From Antedon mediterranea (taxonomy: Eukaryota; Animalia; Echinodermata), in contig NC_092673.1 of assembly GCF_964355755.1 (NCBI RefSeq), forward strand, positions 1,922,001-1,986,000: 64,000 bases of DNA, in the 5' to 3' direction. Of this stretch, positions 36,859 through 50,100 are shown piece by piece (position 1 is the stretch's first letter; each line of letters begins with the position of its first letter). The notes below the pieces were generated by a model. The model did no database searches and was not told the DNA's origin. It worked only from the letters and a program-made list of their open reading frames with translations. Made by a program: the position numbers and the translations under genes.

Positions 36859-39800
36859 TCATGGATACATTGTATGTTTTGCAGACATCATTGTTTTCAT
36901 ATGTGGGTCCATCTTTAAATGAGAACGCATCGTCTGAGCTTGAGTTACGTTCTGAGCTTTCTGTTTTAACATCGTCCAATCAAATGTGTAATCATACTGG
37001 TGATTTAAAGTTCGAAACAAAATGCGAAATAATTGACGTAAATACATATAATCAGGTGACTCCTCGAAGCGCAGACCACGACAATACTTCAGGTACATAG
37101 CGAATTCCGCAGGAAACCCCTGAAATGAAAAAAGGGAAATAAATAATAAATATATATATAAATCGTGAGGTGGTTTCCCGATTAATCGTATGATCAAACG
37201 GTACTGGGTATGATCAACTAGCGTTCGTGTTCCCACCTAATCATCCATTCATAGAAGTACTGATGAAGATATCAATCTGTGGCGACAATAGAATGGACCC
37301 GAGACCTGGCTATCTTCGACTTTTAAATAATAGAAAGTTTTGAAAAATGTGTTAAGCTAAATAAATATATATATAAATAGGTAAACATGGCAGAACACAT
37401 GTAAAGCTCTGTCTACACTATCAAACTTTATGTGCCAAAAAATTGTGATGTGACCATATATGGACATAATGATGTCATATCACTACCATGTGGGCATATA
37501 ACTACCATATTTGGGCACATCACATTTTTTTTGTCCAACTAGTTTGATAGTGTAGACAGAGCTTTACCCTATTACAGAATTTCTGATATTTGTGATATTG
37601 GACATATTGTATATGATACAGTACAGAGAATTGTTATTCTACATACCTTGCAGAGTGTATCAGGACTTGTAGACATCTTTTTCTCACTTATTCTGTCATA
37701 TTTTTGCTTTTTGGTAGCTGCTTTCAGTCCTTGCCAAGGCAGTACACCGATATTAAAATACATGAGAACATAACCTAAGGATTCCATATCATCTCGACGA
37801 CTGAAAAAACAACAGAGAATAAATATGATTAATTTCTGAAAAATGTGAGCAGTAATTTAAAGCTTATTTTATTTTTAAGGGACACTGGGTCCTGAGGATG
37901 TCCCCTTAATATGGGTTCTACTCTACAAAACATGTTTAGCTGAAGCAATGTTTTGTAATTTAGTTTTAAGCTATCTCTACACTATTAAACTTTATGTGAA
38001 AAAAAAGTGTGATGTGCCCATCTATGGACATGATGATGTCATATCACTACCATATTTGGGAATATCACCACTATATTTGTGCATATCACCACCATATTTG
38101 GCCACATAACACTTTTTTGGTCAAACTATTTTGATATTGTAGACAGTGCTTTATATAGTGTAATAAATAATGATTGACATAATATTTCCAATAATAATGA
38201 TTATACATATGAAGCAGCAAATCCCCTGCATAGAATAGGTTGCCTACAAATATCATAGCTTTTTCAAAACAACAAAAATAGAGAGAACACGCAAGTTCAT
38301 GTTAATAAAAGAGTATTGTTATATTTTATGTTAGGTCATTCTACAATGCATTGTGTTTTGACATACCTTTGTTCTATGCCAAGGTGTGCATTGATGCTTG
38401 CGTACCGTGCCGTACCAGTCAGGTTCTTGTCTTCCCTATATGGTATATGTTGTCTTGTTCTACTGTCACGATATTTCTTAGCTAAACCAAAATCTATCAT
38501 AAATAACTATATAAAAAATAATAATAACAACTTAGTAAGGTTATCAAAATATTGCCTGTTTTTCAAGTAAAATACATTATAAGCTTGAATGAACTACAGT
38601 ATACAAATTATGAACAAACTAAACTATTTCTTTGCAGGTAGTTGATTCATAAATAATTCTGACAATTTCTGACAAAGGGCATACATTTTCTTTTTCTATT
38701 ACCGGTATATGCTCTAAATTACCATTTAGATATTGCTATTTGGGACAGCTTTCTTATTGACATTATGTGACAATGCAGTGAACTTATTTTCTAAACATAA
38801 TTTCACTCCCTATTGAGAGCTGATTTAACAGACACAGTCATTTTGGATGAGGTTCAGTTGCGTAAGACAATAAAATAGAATAGGTGATTTGTATACCTGA
38901 TTGCAATGTCTGCCAATACCCATGAGAAAGTTGTCTGGCTTTATGTCTCGATGTATAAAGTTCTTGTTGTGTACATATTCAACTCGGCTCATCATCTGCA
39001 AGAGAAAAAAAAATCATGATTTAGCTATAATGAACGAGCGACATAATATTGGACATGAAGTTACCATAAAACAGTTTGTTGTTAGTGATTATACCTATAA
39101 AATGCCCTTTACAATCTATACTGTACGGTAAGAACAGAAAGAATTTGAGCATTCAAATGTGATCTGCCCATATATGGACATGATGATGTCATATCACTAC
39201 CATATTTGGGCATATCAGCACCATATTTGGTCATACCATATCGGCCAACATAAGAACAGTTTTCATTGTGAATTTGCGGCTGCAAAAGTTAAAGAGATCT
39301 TCAAGACTTGGTCCTAACAGGTCCATGACTAAAACATTATACTCGTTCTCTTGGCCATAATATCTGGAAATAAAAATAATACACAAATAAATAATAAAAT
39401 GTTTCTAACCAGAACAACACTAATAGAAATGTAAAGAACTAGCAATGTACTTGTATATATACAGTATACTGTACAGTACCACATATTTTTTACAGTATAA
39501 CTCCAGGTCTCCTATTAAGGAGACACATTCAGGACAAATTGTCCTCTTCGTAGAGGTGTCCTCTTAATACAGGTGTCCTCTGAAGAAGGGTTGGTCATAC
39601 CTGTATTGTAGTAGTGTTGAATTCTCATTCATTTCAGAGGAAAATATGATACTGTATATGTAAAAGCATTGATAATCTATCAATTTCTTTTCTTTCAATC
39701 ATGCATAATTATAAGATCAATATATATATTATTACATATCTTATTTAAAGGTTATAATATACAGTACTACAGTATTTATTAAGAACATCAGTGTAAAGCT

Positions 39801-42149
39801 CTGTCTAGTTTGACAAGAAAAGTGGGATGTGCCCAAATATGGTGGTGATATACCCAAATATAGTAGTGATATGACATCATCATGTCCATATATGGGCACA
39901 CCACATGTTATTGTCAGATACAGTCTGATACTGTAGACAGAGCTTTAGGTTAAAAATAGTAGTATTCATGGTTCATGACATTTGGATTTCTTGACATTTC
40001 TCTAATGAGATTCAACATTTATACAGAATGTAAATTATTTACACAAGAGTATAAAACTGCTTTTTCATTAGAAAGTCAAATATTTCCAATTTAAATTCTA
40101 CTGTTCAGTGTCTGCATTGATTATTCATTAATCCCGCTGTCTCTATAGTAATCGTATTAATACACTGTAGTGTGGCTGAATAATTATATCAGTTTCATAT
40201 TCATCATTACTTAAATGTTACTGCATATAGATAGTCTTTGTACAGTATGTTGTATGTTTATACAAACTATAGCTACATACAGTACTGATGGGATAATATG
40301 TAGTATGTGTGAGGTTTAATTAACATTAAAACGTGCATGCCTTGGGGTGGCCGATATTTTTTTTAGTACTATATAATTCAATAGTTAATTAATTTAATAA
40401 TAAAATCTTTAATTAATATTACTACTACAGTATGTGGGCGTAATTCTCTAAAAACAAGACCATGCTCTAAGGAAATTTAAATCATTATTTTTATTTGTTA
40501 TTTTCATATTGATATTGTTATCATACAAAGAACATAAAAGAAAAAATTGCCACGCATTGTTAAAACCATGACTTTCCACAATTTTTTAGTGTTGAACAAA
40601 ATTCAGGAATTACTCTTGTGATAGAATTGTAAGAAATTGGTTTGTTTTTGTAGCATTTAAGCTGGATTTACATTGTATGCAAATGATCAAGTCCTGTAGT
40701 ACTTACAGTACATTGAATTTTTAATTCTTTTCACAATTGTAGACTCTGTCTGTGGTTGATTTTGTTTTTTTAGAGTTTGTTTTATATTATCATATACCAA
40801 ACTTCCTTAAGCTCTGTCTACACCATCAAACTTTATGTGACAAACAAATGTGATGTGCCCAAATATGGAAATGATGATGCCATATCACTACCTTATTTGA
40901 GCATAAAACTACCATATTTGGCCACATCAAACTTTTTTTGTCAAACTAGTTTGATAGTGTAGACAGAGCTAATTCATTGTGTTGACTTACTTAATATGAG
41001 GAATGCCAACACCGCCTAATAACGTTTTGTACAGTTTACTCTCATACATGAGTTGTGGATGCCTTGCCTTCTTTGATTCTAGTTTTACTGCAACTTCCTA
41101 AAATAAAAAAAAAACATGGTTATTTTTTTTATTATAAACCCTTGTTAATTGAGAAGGACCCTGATTTGATATGATTTTGATATAAAAATTTAAATCAACA
41201 TTTACAGTATCAATCTATATAGCAGAATTAGGTTGGTTGTGGGAGTGGGGGAGGGGTGGGGGTGTTGAGTCTCAATCCTGATTTAATCATTTGTTTAAAG
41301 GTGGGGAGGGGGGGGGGTGTTGATTCTCAATCCTGATTTAATCATTTGTTTAAAGGTGGGGAGGGGGGGTGTTGATTCTCAATCCTGATTTAATCATTTG
41401 TTTAAAGGTGGGGAGGGGGGGGGGGAGTGCTGACTTGAATTTGTCTTTCATATTGTATTTGCTCCACCCACTTTGGGGTGGGGATTAAGTGGCTACAGGA
41501 TGGGGATTAAATGGCAACAGGGTGGAGATTAAGTGGCTACAGGATGGAGATTAAGTGGCAACAGGGTGAGGATTAAGTGGCTACAGGATGGGGATTAAAT
41601 GGCTACAGGATGGGGATTAATGGCAACAGGGCAAGATCATGGATTAAAGATCCATGGTGGGATGATAAATTCCCATACAGGACTACCTTTGTTTTGTATT
41701 AATCTTAAGACTACTAGAAAAAGACAATGCTAGACAACTGCATTTACTTATACTGTATAGGAATCAAGTAAATGTTAGATTTCACAACTTAAACTGTATC
41801 GTCACGGGAAACCAATTTGAAGTTGTGAGAATTTTTCCCACGGTCAACTTTAGTTATTGAGATAGGAATGAGGTAATCGGTAAAAAACATATACACAGAC
41901 AATTATTGATTTAATACGTTGGACTTATTATTACTAACAAATTAAGTATTCAAAAAAGAAAAAGATTGGATCATCCATAAAATTAATCAAAATACTGTAT
42001 TTGTCAATACACAAAGGACTTACTTCACCATTAGTGATATTAATTCCTAGATAGATATCTCCAAACGATCCACTGCCTATCTTACGAACCAGTCTATATC
42101 GTCCAGCCACATAGTATTCGCCTCTGCTCTTACCGATAATACTCGTCAT
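36859..42149 (-). CDS. CSNK1A1: Casein kinase I alpha
   Basis: Exons 42149-42024, 41097-40991, 39363-39237, 38995-38897, 38506-38367, 37800-37647, 37119-36859; [59 protein letters not shown]. Confidence 0.97.
37405..37563. mobile_element. MITE family A copy
   Basis: Same TIRs. Confidence 0.88.
37969..38150. mobile_element. MITE family A copy with three internal 19-bp units
   Basis: Same TIRs. Confidence 0.85.
39797..39944. mobile_element. MITE family A copy
   Basis: Same TIRs, partly deleted. Confidence 0.8.
40810..40970. mobile_element. MITE family A copy
   Basis: Same TIRs. Confidence 0.88.
41245..41630. repeat. Two adjacent G-rich tandem arrays in CK1-alpha intron 1
   Basis: Unit of about 55 bp (GGTGGGGAG(G)n-TGTTGATTCTCAATCCTGATTTAATCATTTGTTTAAA) x3-4, then 21-bp GGATGGGGATTAAGTGGCTACA-like unit x7. 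Confidence 0.9.
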
Positions 42150-43089
42150 CTTGCGATAAAAGCCACAAATATTCCAACACTATCACAAAATAGCAGTCAT
42201 TTCAATGTATTCAAAAACATTAAATTATAATAGTTCGAATGGTATTTGGTTGACTTGTTTAATATCAAACGTAAAACAATATTACTACAGGTACCTGCTC
42301 AATTCATCAACAGTGAAAAGAGAAAACGCTATACACTTTCGCTTTGAATTATGGGTAGGGTCACCCTGGGCAACTATGAACGTGTACTTTAGTGTAAAGT
42401 GGTATACGCCTTCTATTGTTGTTTATTTGTCGTGCGTACTCAATCAAAAGGCGAGACCATAGAATTCTGCTTTAGTCACGAAAAGGACGAAACGCACCCT
42501 TTCAAATCATCAACAACGTCACAATGTCGGTCCTTACACTTAAAAATAGGCCTGCAAAGTTTCCTCAATTGACATTAAGGGGTCGACATAAGCAACAATG
42601 CACACTGCAGCACTGCTGTGACGCAATTAATGACGAATGGAGATATAAATATTAACATAAAAATGGAAAGAAAAAAATAATCTTGTCTAATAAAAGAAAA
42701 CTGACGTGGCCTATTTGTTTGTTTGTTATGTATGGACCATTGCGTGTGAGTGTCTTTGAAAGTGCACCACCACATTACGCTAAAATATATATTGAAAGTA
42801 TAGTAGGCCCTACCGATACTTAGGGGTATAAGCAGACTGAAACATTCATTAGCAAATTGTGTGTGATTGGATCAGTGAATCAAATACGTCAGTGAGGTGA
42901 CGGGTGGCTAGATGAATAATCGCTTATTCATTACAAACAACATTTATATAACATTTACAAAGATATATACTAAAGAAATATAAACACAACAAATGAAACT
43001 TTGGACATGGAGTGTTCATGCTTTGTGTGACTACAGATATTCCGTGTATTAATTACAATTACATTCATAAAGTTATACAATAATCAAGA

Positions 43090-43530
43090 TAATTATAACA
43101 ACTGCGACAAGGCTATTTGAAAGTGTGACAAGTGACAGATAGTTACAAAGTGAGATTATATTAAAGTTAGACAAAAGTAATTGAACTTAATATAATGTGA
43201 CATGCATTCACAAGGTGCGACAATTCTTAAATAGCCTACGATAGTGAGACAATTTTTTACAATTAGTGCGACAATTTTGTTAAAAAGTACGACGTGTGAG
43301 TTGTTACAAGCGACATGACAACAAAGTACAAACATTTTGCTACAGGTTAAAAAGTGCGACAATTTTGTAACAAAAACAGGTTAAATTGCGACAATGTTGT
43401 TACAAGGACAGGTTACAAAGTACGTCAATTTTGTGACAAAAACAGGTTACAAAGTGCGAGCATTTGTTACAATCTACAAAAGACTTCAGTTCAGTAGAAA
43501 GTGTAACCATTGTTACAAAGTAGGACTACG
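43090..43530. repeat. Degenerate TTACAAAGTGCGACA-type repeat cluster, probably a transposon subterminal array
   Basis: Many GCGACAA, GTGACAA and GTTACAA motifs between CK1-alpha and BRD8. Confidence 0.6.
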
Positions 43531-44198
43531 ACGATTATACATACACATCTCTCCTGGAAAAGCGTTTAATAAATCTATATATTGTATTGAAATATGTTTT
43601 TACGAAATATAATTATAGATAATATTAAGTACAGTATCAGACAAACTTACAATACAATAGTCCCTAAAATAGATTTTGTATAAAAGTAGCAATGCTAGGA
43701 TTTATGCGAAAAACCTACATTTCTACTATTATTCATATGACATTTCGTGACTTCATTACCAATAGTTTATCATATTCTAACATGTATGTATTGTTTTGTT
43801 TTTGTACTTTTATTGTATTTTTATGCAAAGCAAAATTAATTTCCACTTTAAATTAAGTTGACCCGTAAGAAATTGCTTGAATCTTGAATATAGGCCTACG
43901 CGACAGATAATAAGTTCGAAAAGTGACATTCATTTTGATTCGCTTTAACTGTATTTTGTCTTTATGTATTTTATGTGTAAACTGACTTTGGGGTTGGGTC
44001 AACAGGCTCAGCTACAGTGATTAAGTTCACTTCGGTTGACCCTGGTCTCCCCGATTTTATCTGTTTTGTTATGTAGGCCTATATACACAGCTAGGTATAA
44101 TATTGAAATAGACCGAATAAATAATGAAATGAAATGAAACTTTCTTATCTTCTAATAATCTTGCTTAAATGAGGGCGCTATACTAAAATTTGATTAAA

Positions 44199-47100
44199 AT
44201 GGCGGCTGTTACTCCAGCGCGTATGTATTGATATCACATTTATTCTCTGTTTTCTGATTGATAATGTTATATTTTGATGTATTGAACGTCCTGATGTTTA
44301 GATAAACTAATTTAAGCTTAGTTGTTTATGAAATTTAGCTTACCAAATACGTATGTAGTCTAGAAGTAGCTTAAGTTTGTCTAGCCGCTAGGCCGGCGAG
44401 TAAATCCGATATTACTTTCATATTCTGGAATAAGCTGGCGAGGAATGAGCAGTCCACCCGGCCTCTATATATCTAGAGGGACTTGCTACCTAGGGCCTAG
44501 GTATGACAGCGTGTCATAACCTACCTAATGCTTAATAAATAGTAAAAGCTAGCAAATTATATTATTTATTATTGCCATACATGATCAAACCCTCTTTTGC
44601 GAAATTGTAATTTTAATATTGCAATATTTAATATTAATTATTATTATGAAGTCCGGAATTCCTAGGCCTAAACCGTACGTTATGCAATCAGTTTATTTTT
44701 GTCATCTCTCCACTACTAAGAACAAGATATCTTCGGTAGAACCATAGAGATATTATCTCTATGGTAGAACCAAAATCATGGTATATCCTAGATAAATATC
44801 AAAACGAGAATGAAACATCACATTTTAGGGTATAGCCTACTAGACCCAGGCTAGGCAGGTCTATATTATGGATTTAAAAGAAAAAATATATTTAATCACT
44901 GAAACTTGTATTTTTGTCAAAGGTGTAGAACAAAAACCTTCAACTGTTGAAAAATGGAGTTTAAGAGAAAAGTTGTGTTTGGTATCATCTGTAATGAGGA
45001 GTGGAGATCAAAATTGGTAAGTTCATTAATTGTATAAGAATTAAGGTGCCTGTACATACTAAAAAATGGATCACTGATTATGTTTAAATAACATTATATA
45101 AAACGGACTCCAAGTAACGAGAGGCAAGCCATGATTGAGAGCAATGATCGACAAAAAAACATTTTTCTTTCACTCAATCTAAAATAACTCTTTTTCATTT
45201 ACAGTTTGAAATTATGCATTTATAAATAAAGTTTCTTATTTTATATTGTAATATTTATTTGAATTTTATAACAGGGCTTCTGTAAGCCGATTTATGAAAC
45301 CATTTACTGAACCAGATAAACCAGCTGATTGGTTTTCACAAAAGGTATTTATCAATTTTTCATTTCACAGGAAAGTGTTAAATTAACACAAGTGTCCCCT
45401 ACTGTATATGATTGTCTCCTGAATAGAGGTGTCCCAAAGAAGAGGTTCTCTCTACTGTAGATGGTATTTTCGCTGCACGGTATAAACCGTGTTATAAGAT
45501 AAAGTAAACAATAATTAAGTTTACTGTTAAATCAATAAGTTTAATGTAAACATTAAATAATTTACTATAAACAATAAATAAGTTTTCATTGTACAGCCCA
45601 GGTAAGAACAAGCCAGTGTTGATCTGTGGATAAATAAAGTTTTTATACAGTATACATAAATACAATATTAATGAACATTTCCGGTAATGTTTCATATATT
45701 TGTGTACTCTTTTCAGAATTGTGCTTTACAATATACAGATATGATGGACAATCCAGATTTTCCAAAGTAAGTGGAAACATAATTATTTGAATATTATTTT
45801 AAGTGTATATTATCATTACATTCTAGGAACATGAATTTTTCTGTAAGGTATGTAGTGGACACCATGTGGCTGCAGCAGGCGTTTGTACTGCTGTTAGTAA
45901 TAGGCCAATGTAGGTTAAGTACAAAAATAAGTTCAAGGAGACCCAATAAATTGTCCCTTAAAAGTAATATGCCCTAAAGCTCTGTCTACACCATCAAACT
46001 AGTTTGACAACAAAATGTGATGTGCCCAAATATGGTAGTGATATGCCCAAATATGGTAGTGATATGACATCATCATGTCCATATATGGGCACATCACATC
46101 ATATGAAGTTTGATGGTATAGACAGATCTTAAATAATAATGTCCCCTTGTCCGTTTTATAGGAAAGTGTTCCTTTTATAGGTCATCTGAATGATGAGGGG
46201 TGTTCTTCTGTGTTTTTCATAAAATTGTTTTTAATTATTTTTCAAGAAGAAAAAGAAGTACAGATAAAGCAGATGGAGATTCATCGGAGATGTTGGTGGT
46301 TAAAAAGCTCACGCATGAACGAGTCGATGAATTAAAGAAACAAATCAAATCAGATCAGTTACGATATAAGACACTTAGACGAGAGATTGACCAACTAAAG
46401 GCAGGTCAGCTGGATGAAGAGGTCAGAGCCATGTGGAATGAGATGAAAATGTATGTAATATTTTACAATTAATAGTTCATTTTTATATAGCGCATATAAG
46501 CAAGCTCTCAATGCGCTGCACATTGTTACCCTGGTCATTTTCTTTCTATGTACAGTTAACAAAATTTATTAATTATTTAAACAACATTTATATTTATTCT
46601 ATGCTATGGGTTACATGTACACATTTGCATGTGTTCCCACTATGTTTAATTTTGAATCTCAATGATGAAATCATATAATTTGAGTTTTTGAATCTCATTT
46701 AGGAAAGACCAAGAAGCATTGAAGGACACAGTGACGCCAGAGCCCACTGTAACAGATAACACACGACCTTTATATCCACGTATGTGCCATATTTACATCA
46801 TTTCATCTTAATGAAAATGTAATGGAAACAAAACATTCTTGGCTAATAAAATAAAATTTGCATACTCGCTCAATTATATTTGTATTATATTGTTGTATGC
46901 TGAATGATTTTTACAATTTTTATCAAGTTGCTTGGTTAAATCTGTACAATTGAGTTTCATGTTGATTTTCTAGAAAATTTACAAATTCGTAGTGGGGTCA
47001 AGAAACCATTGCCTAAGTTGAAAATTGCACAAGAACTTGAATCGTCATCTATCAATGTAAGTTACAGCTTTTAGTCCACTAATATATAATAGTTAAAATG

Positions 47101-50100
47101 CATAACCAATATAACATTATAAGAAATAAAAATCCTATAGAAATTAGTTCACTTGACTGAAACTGTAGATAATGTGGTCACAGGCTCCCTTAAGCTCTGT
47201 CTACACTATCAAATTAGTTTGACAAAAAAAGTGTGATGTGCCCAAATATGGTAGTGATATATCATCATCTCCATATTTGGGCGCATAACATTTTTTTGTC
47301 ACATAAAGTTTGATAGTGTAGATAGAGCTTTAGAGAGAAGAGACTTGTGGATGGACAGCAATGGTTTGAACTAGATCACCACATCAATGTGGGTTTACCA
47401 AAAATCTTTTATATATATGAGGGATTATTTAAACTTGGTAAATTACAAGAATCAGCGGATTTCTATCCCTGCTCAATGTTCACACATTTTTTTATTTAAG
47501 GCCTTTTTATGTCAGTAACGCAATTTGTTTAGGCCTTATTACATCATAGTTTGTAGTGAATGTGTAATTTTTCACATAACTTTGAATACAATTTGTTAAA
47601 GGTTACTGTAACTAGTGCAGGTCAAGTTCAACAAACAGCAGCCACTGTGCTTTCAGACCTTCTACAAAAATCACAAGAACTTATTACGTCACCAAAGGTA
47701 GGCCAGAGATATTTATATTACAAACTTTTAAATGCTGTATCGACTGTATGTGAACATGGAATACCACAACTCGTCTTTTTTTAGCCTTAATTAGGCTGGT
47801 TTGATTTTGTTCTAATCTTTCCATTTATCTACAAACTTTATGTGACAAAAAAATGTGATGTGTCCATATATGGACATCACAATTGTTTGTCACATAAAGG
47901 TTGATAGTGTAGAATGAGCTTTATAAAGTTTGACTGGGTAACCCCTTAATCATCTTGAAAGATGTACTAGGTTCTTTAAAATGCACGCAAATGAGTTAGA
48001 TTGTGTACACTGGATCTGTTTTCCAAAAGATTAGTAAATTAACATTAAATTATTGTTTTAAAATAAAAATAATAACATCACAATATATTGTGTTAAAGGA
48101 TTCAGAAGCCATGGACATTGATGTTGTATCAACCGCCCCTCAACTACCAGTGATATCTTCTGTACCAATACCACTGGAACAAGACCATCCTGTATCAACC
48201 AATGGTATATTTGTTTCAAGCATAGTACTTGCTTTGTTTGTTTTTTTGTTAGCACAATTTTCAAAGTTATCATTCTGAATTTTTTTGCTGTAAATAGGTA
48301 TATCCTTACAGAACATGCCTATTGAAATTCAGGAAAATCAGTTTATTAATAATTTCACAAATGAAAGAAAAAGAAAAAAAAACTTTACATAGGCCAAAAT
48401 ATCAACTCTGGTTTTTTCAAAATGCATTTTACGTACTAAGACAGACGTTGGCTTTGTATTATTCGTGCAGTCCTGTTTCAAGACTTTTATTAATGGATCC
48501 TTTATCCTCTATTGGATGTTGGCATTCTCATACCTTAGACAATCTTTTATGTTATTTGCATTTCCCATGTACAGTAGTTAGCTATGTTGTCTATGTTTTT
48601 TTCTTCCTCTGTTTCTCATTCTAGTATTTGGTTGCCGATCATTCATTCGATTTTTTAACCTCTTTCTTTCTAGATTTTTATGACCTACCCATCTCCATGA
48701 TTCTTTTCTAAAATGTTATCTATGTCTTTGATAAGATAATTATTAATTGTTATAAATAATTAATTTATTCATTTGTTAGATACTTCAAGTAAAGAGAGTA
48801 GTAACGAGGAAAATACACAAATCAATGCAGAACCTTCATCAGCAATGGTATGTATTACATCATATCTACCTTTACACACCTTATACTCTGCAAGTATCAC
48901 ATCAGATAAATTTCACATTGTATTAAGCCCTGTCTACACTATCAAACTTTATGTGACAACAAAATCTGATGTGTCCATATAAGGACATGATGATGCTATA
49001 TTTGGGCATATTGCTAACATATTTGGGCACATCATAGTGTAGACAGAGCTTTATATCTAGTAATGCTACTTTTTTCAAAATATGAGTAACCATATTTGAC
49101 AGGTATTACCATCAAACAATGAACTGTATTGTAAGTGAGAAAAAAAAACCTATATTGACAAATAGACATATTATTTGAGGTTTTACCATCAACTCACTGT
49201 TGCCTAATGTCTTATGCATATTATAAAACGAGATAGTAGATGCAAGAAAATGGCAGATTATATTATTATTATTTGTATGTATGGAATTAGTTACTAGTAC
49301 ATCAGGATTCATTCATTTATATTCATAATGTTTGGTGTATTATAATTATAAACTACTTATTAGTAAAAAGTGAAATATAAATGAAATGAATAATGATTTA
49401 AGTCTGGTTGAGATTTAAGATTTAGAAGAAGAATTTCCCCTAAATATTCAGTGGTTATTGATGGTGTTTTTCGAATTCTACTTTCTGATCCTAACACATT
49501 AAGAAATACTGCTGTAGTTTTCATAACAGTCTAAAGAGACCTTCACACCTGTTCTGGCACAGTTTTGGTCGGGCGCCGGCAAATAAAAAAAAAAGTCAAA
49601 GTTTTGTTTTTATGCGGCTACGCGTATACATCTATTGGTGCATAGCCGCATGGAGCATCATGAAAACGAAACATTCATGTTTGATTTGCTGGACCGGAAC
49701 TGTGCCGGAACAGGAACCGTGCCGGAACAGGAACCGTGCCGGAACAGGAACCGTGCCGGAACAGGTGTAAAAGACCCTTAAGACATGATGCTAAAACTAA
49801 TCTTTTATTATACCATATATTATAGTTTAGTGTGTAGATTTGATTTTATGTCTAATTTGCTGCAGTTTGTGTTATGCAACTAATATTATGCATACTATTA
49901 TCTACAGCTATGTTTATATTCTGTGAATGCCTTTATTTTGCATGTACTGCATTGTATAGCTTGCCGTTTGATTTGCACCATTTATATTTTGGCCATTGAA
50001 CAGGTTAAACCTAAGGAGGGCTTACCCCTGCCCCAAGTACAGGATAAAAGAACAGTTGACGAGAACATATCGGTAAAGAAAAGAGAAGAAAAACTTGAAA

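Noticed and set aside
37260-37320. Second hammerhead (CTGATGA followed by a stem)
   Set aside because: No GAAA core after the stem
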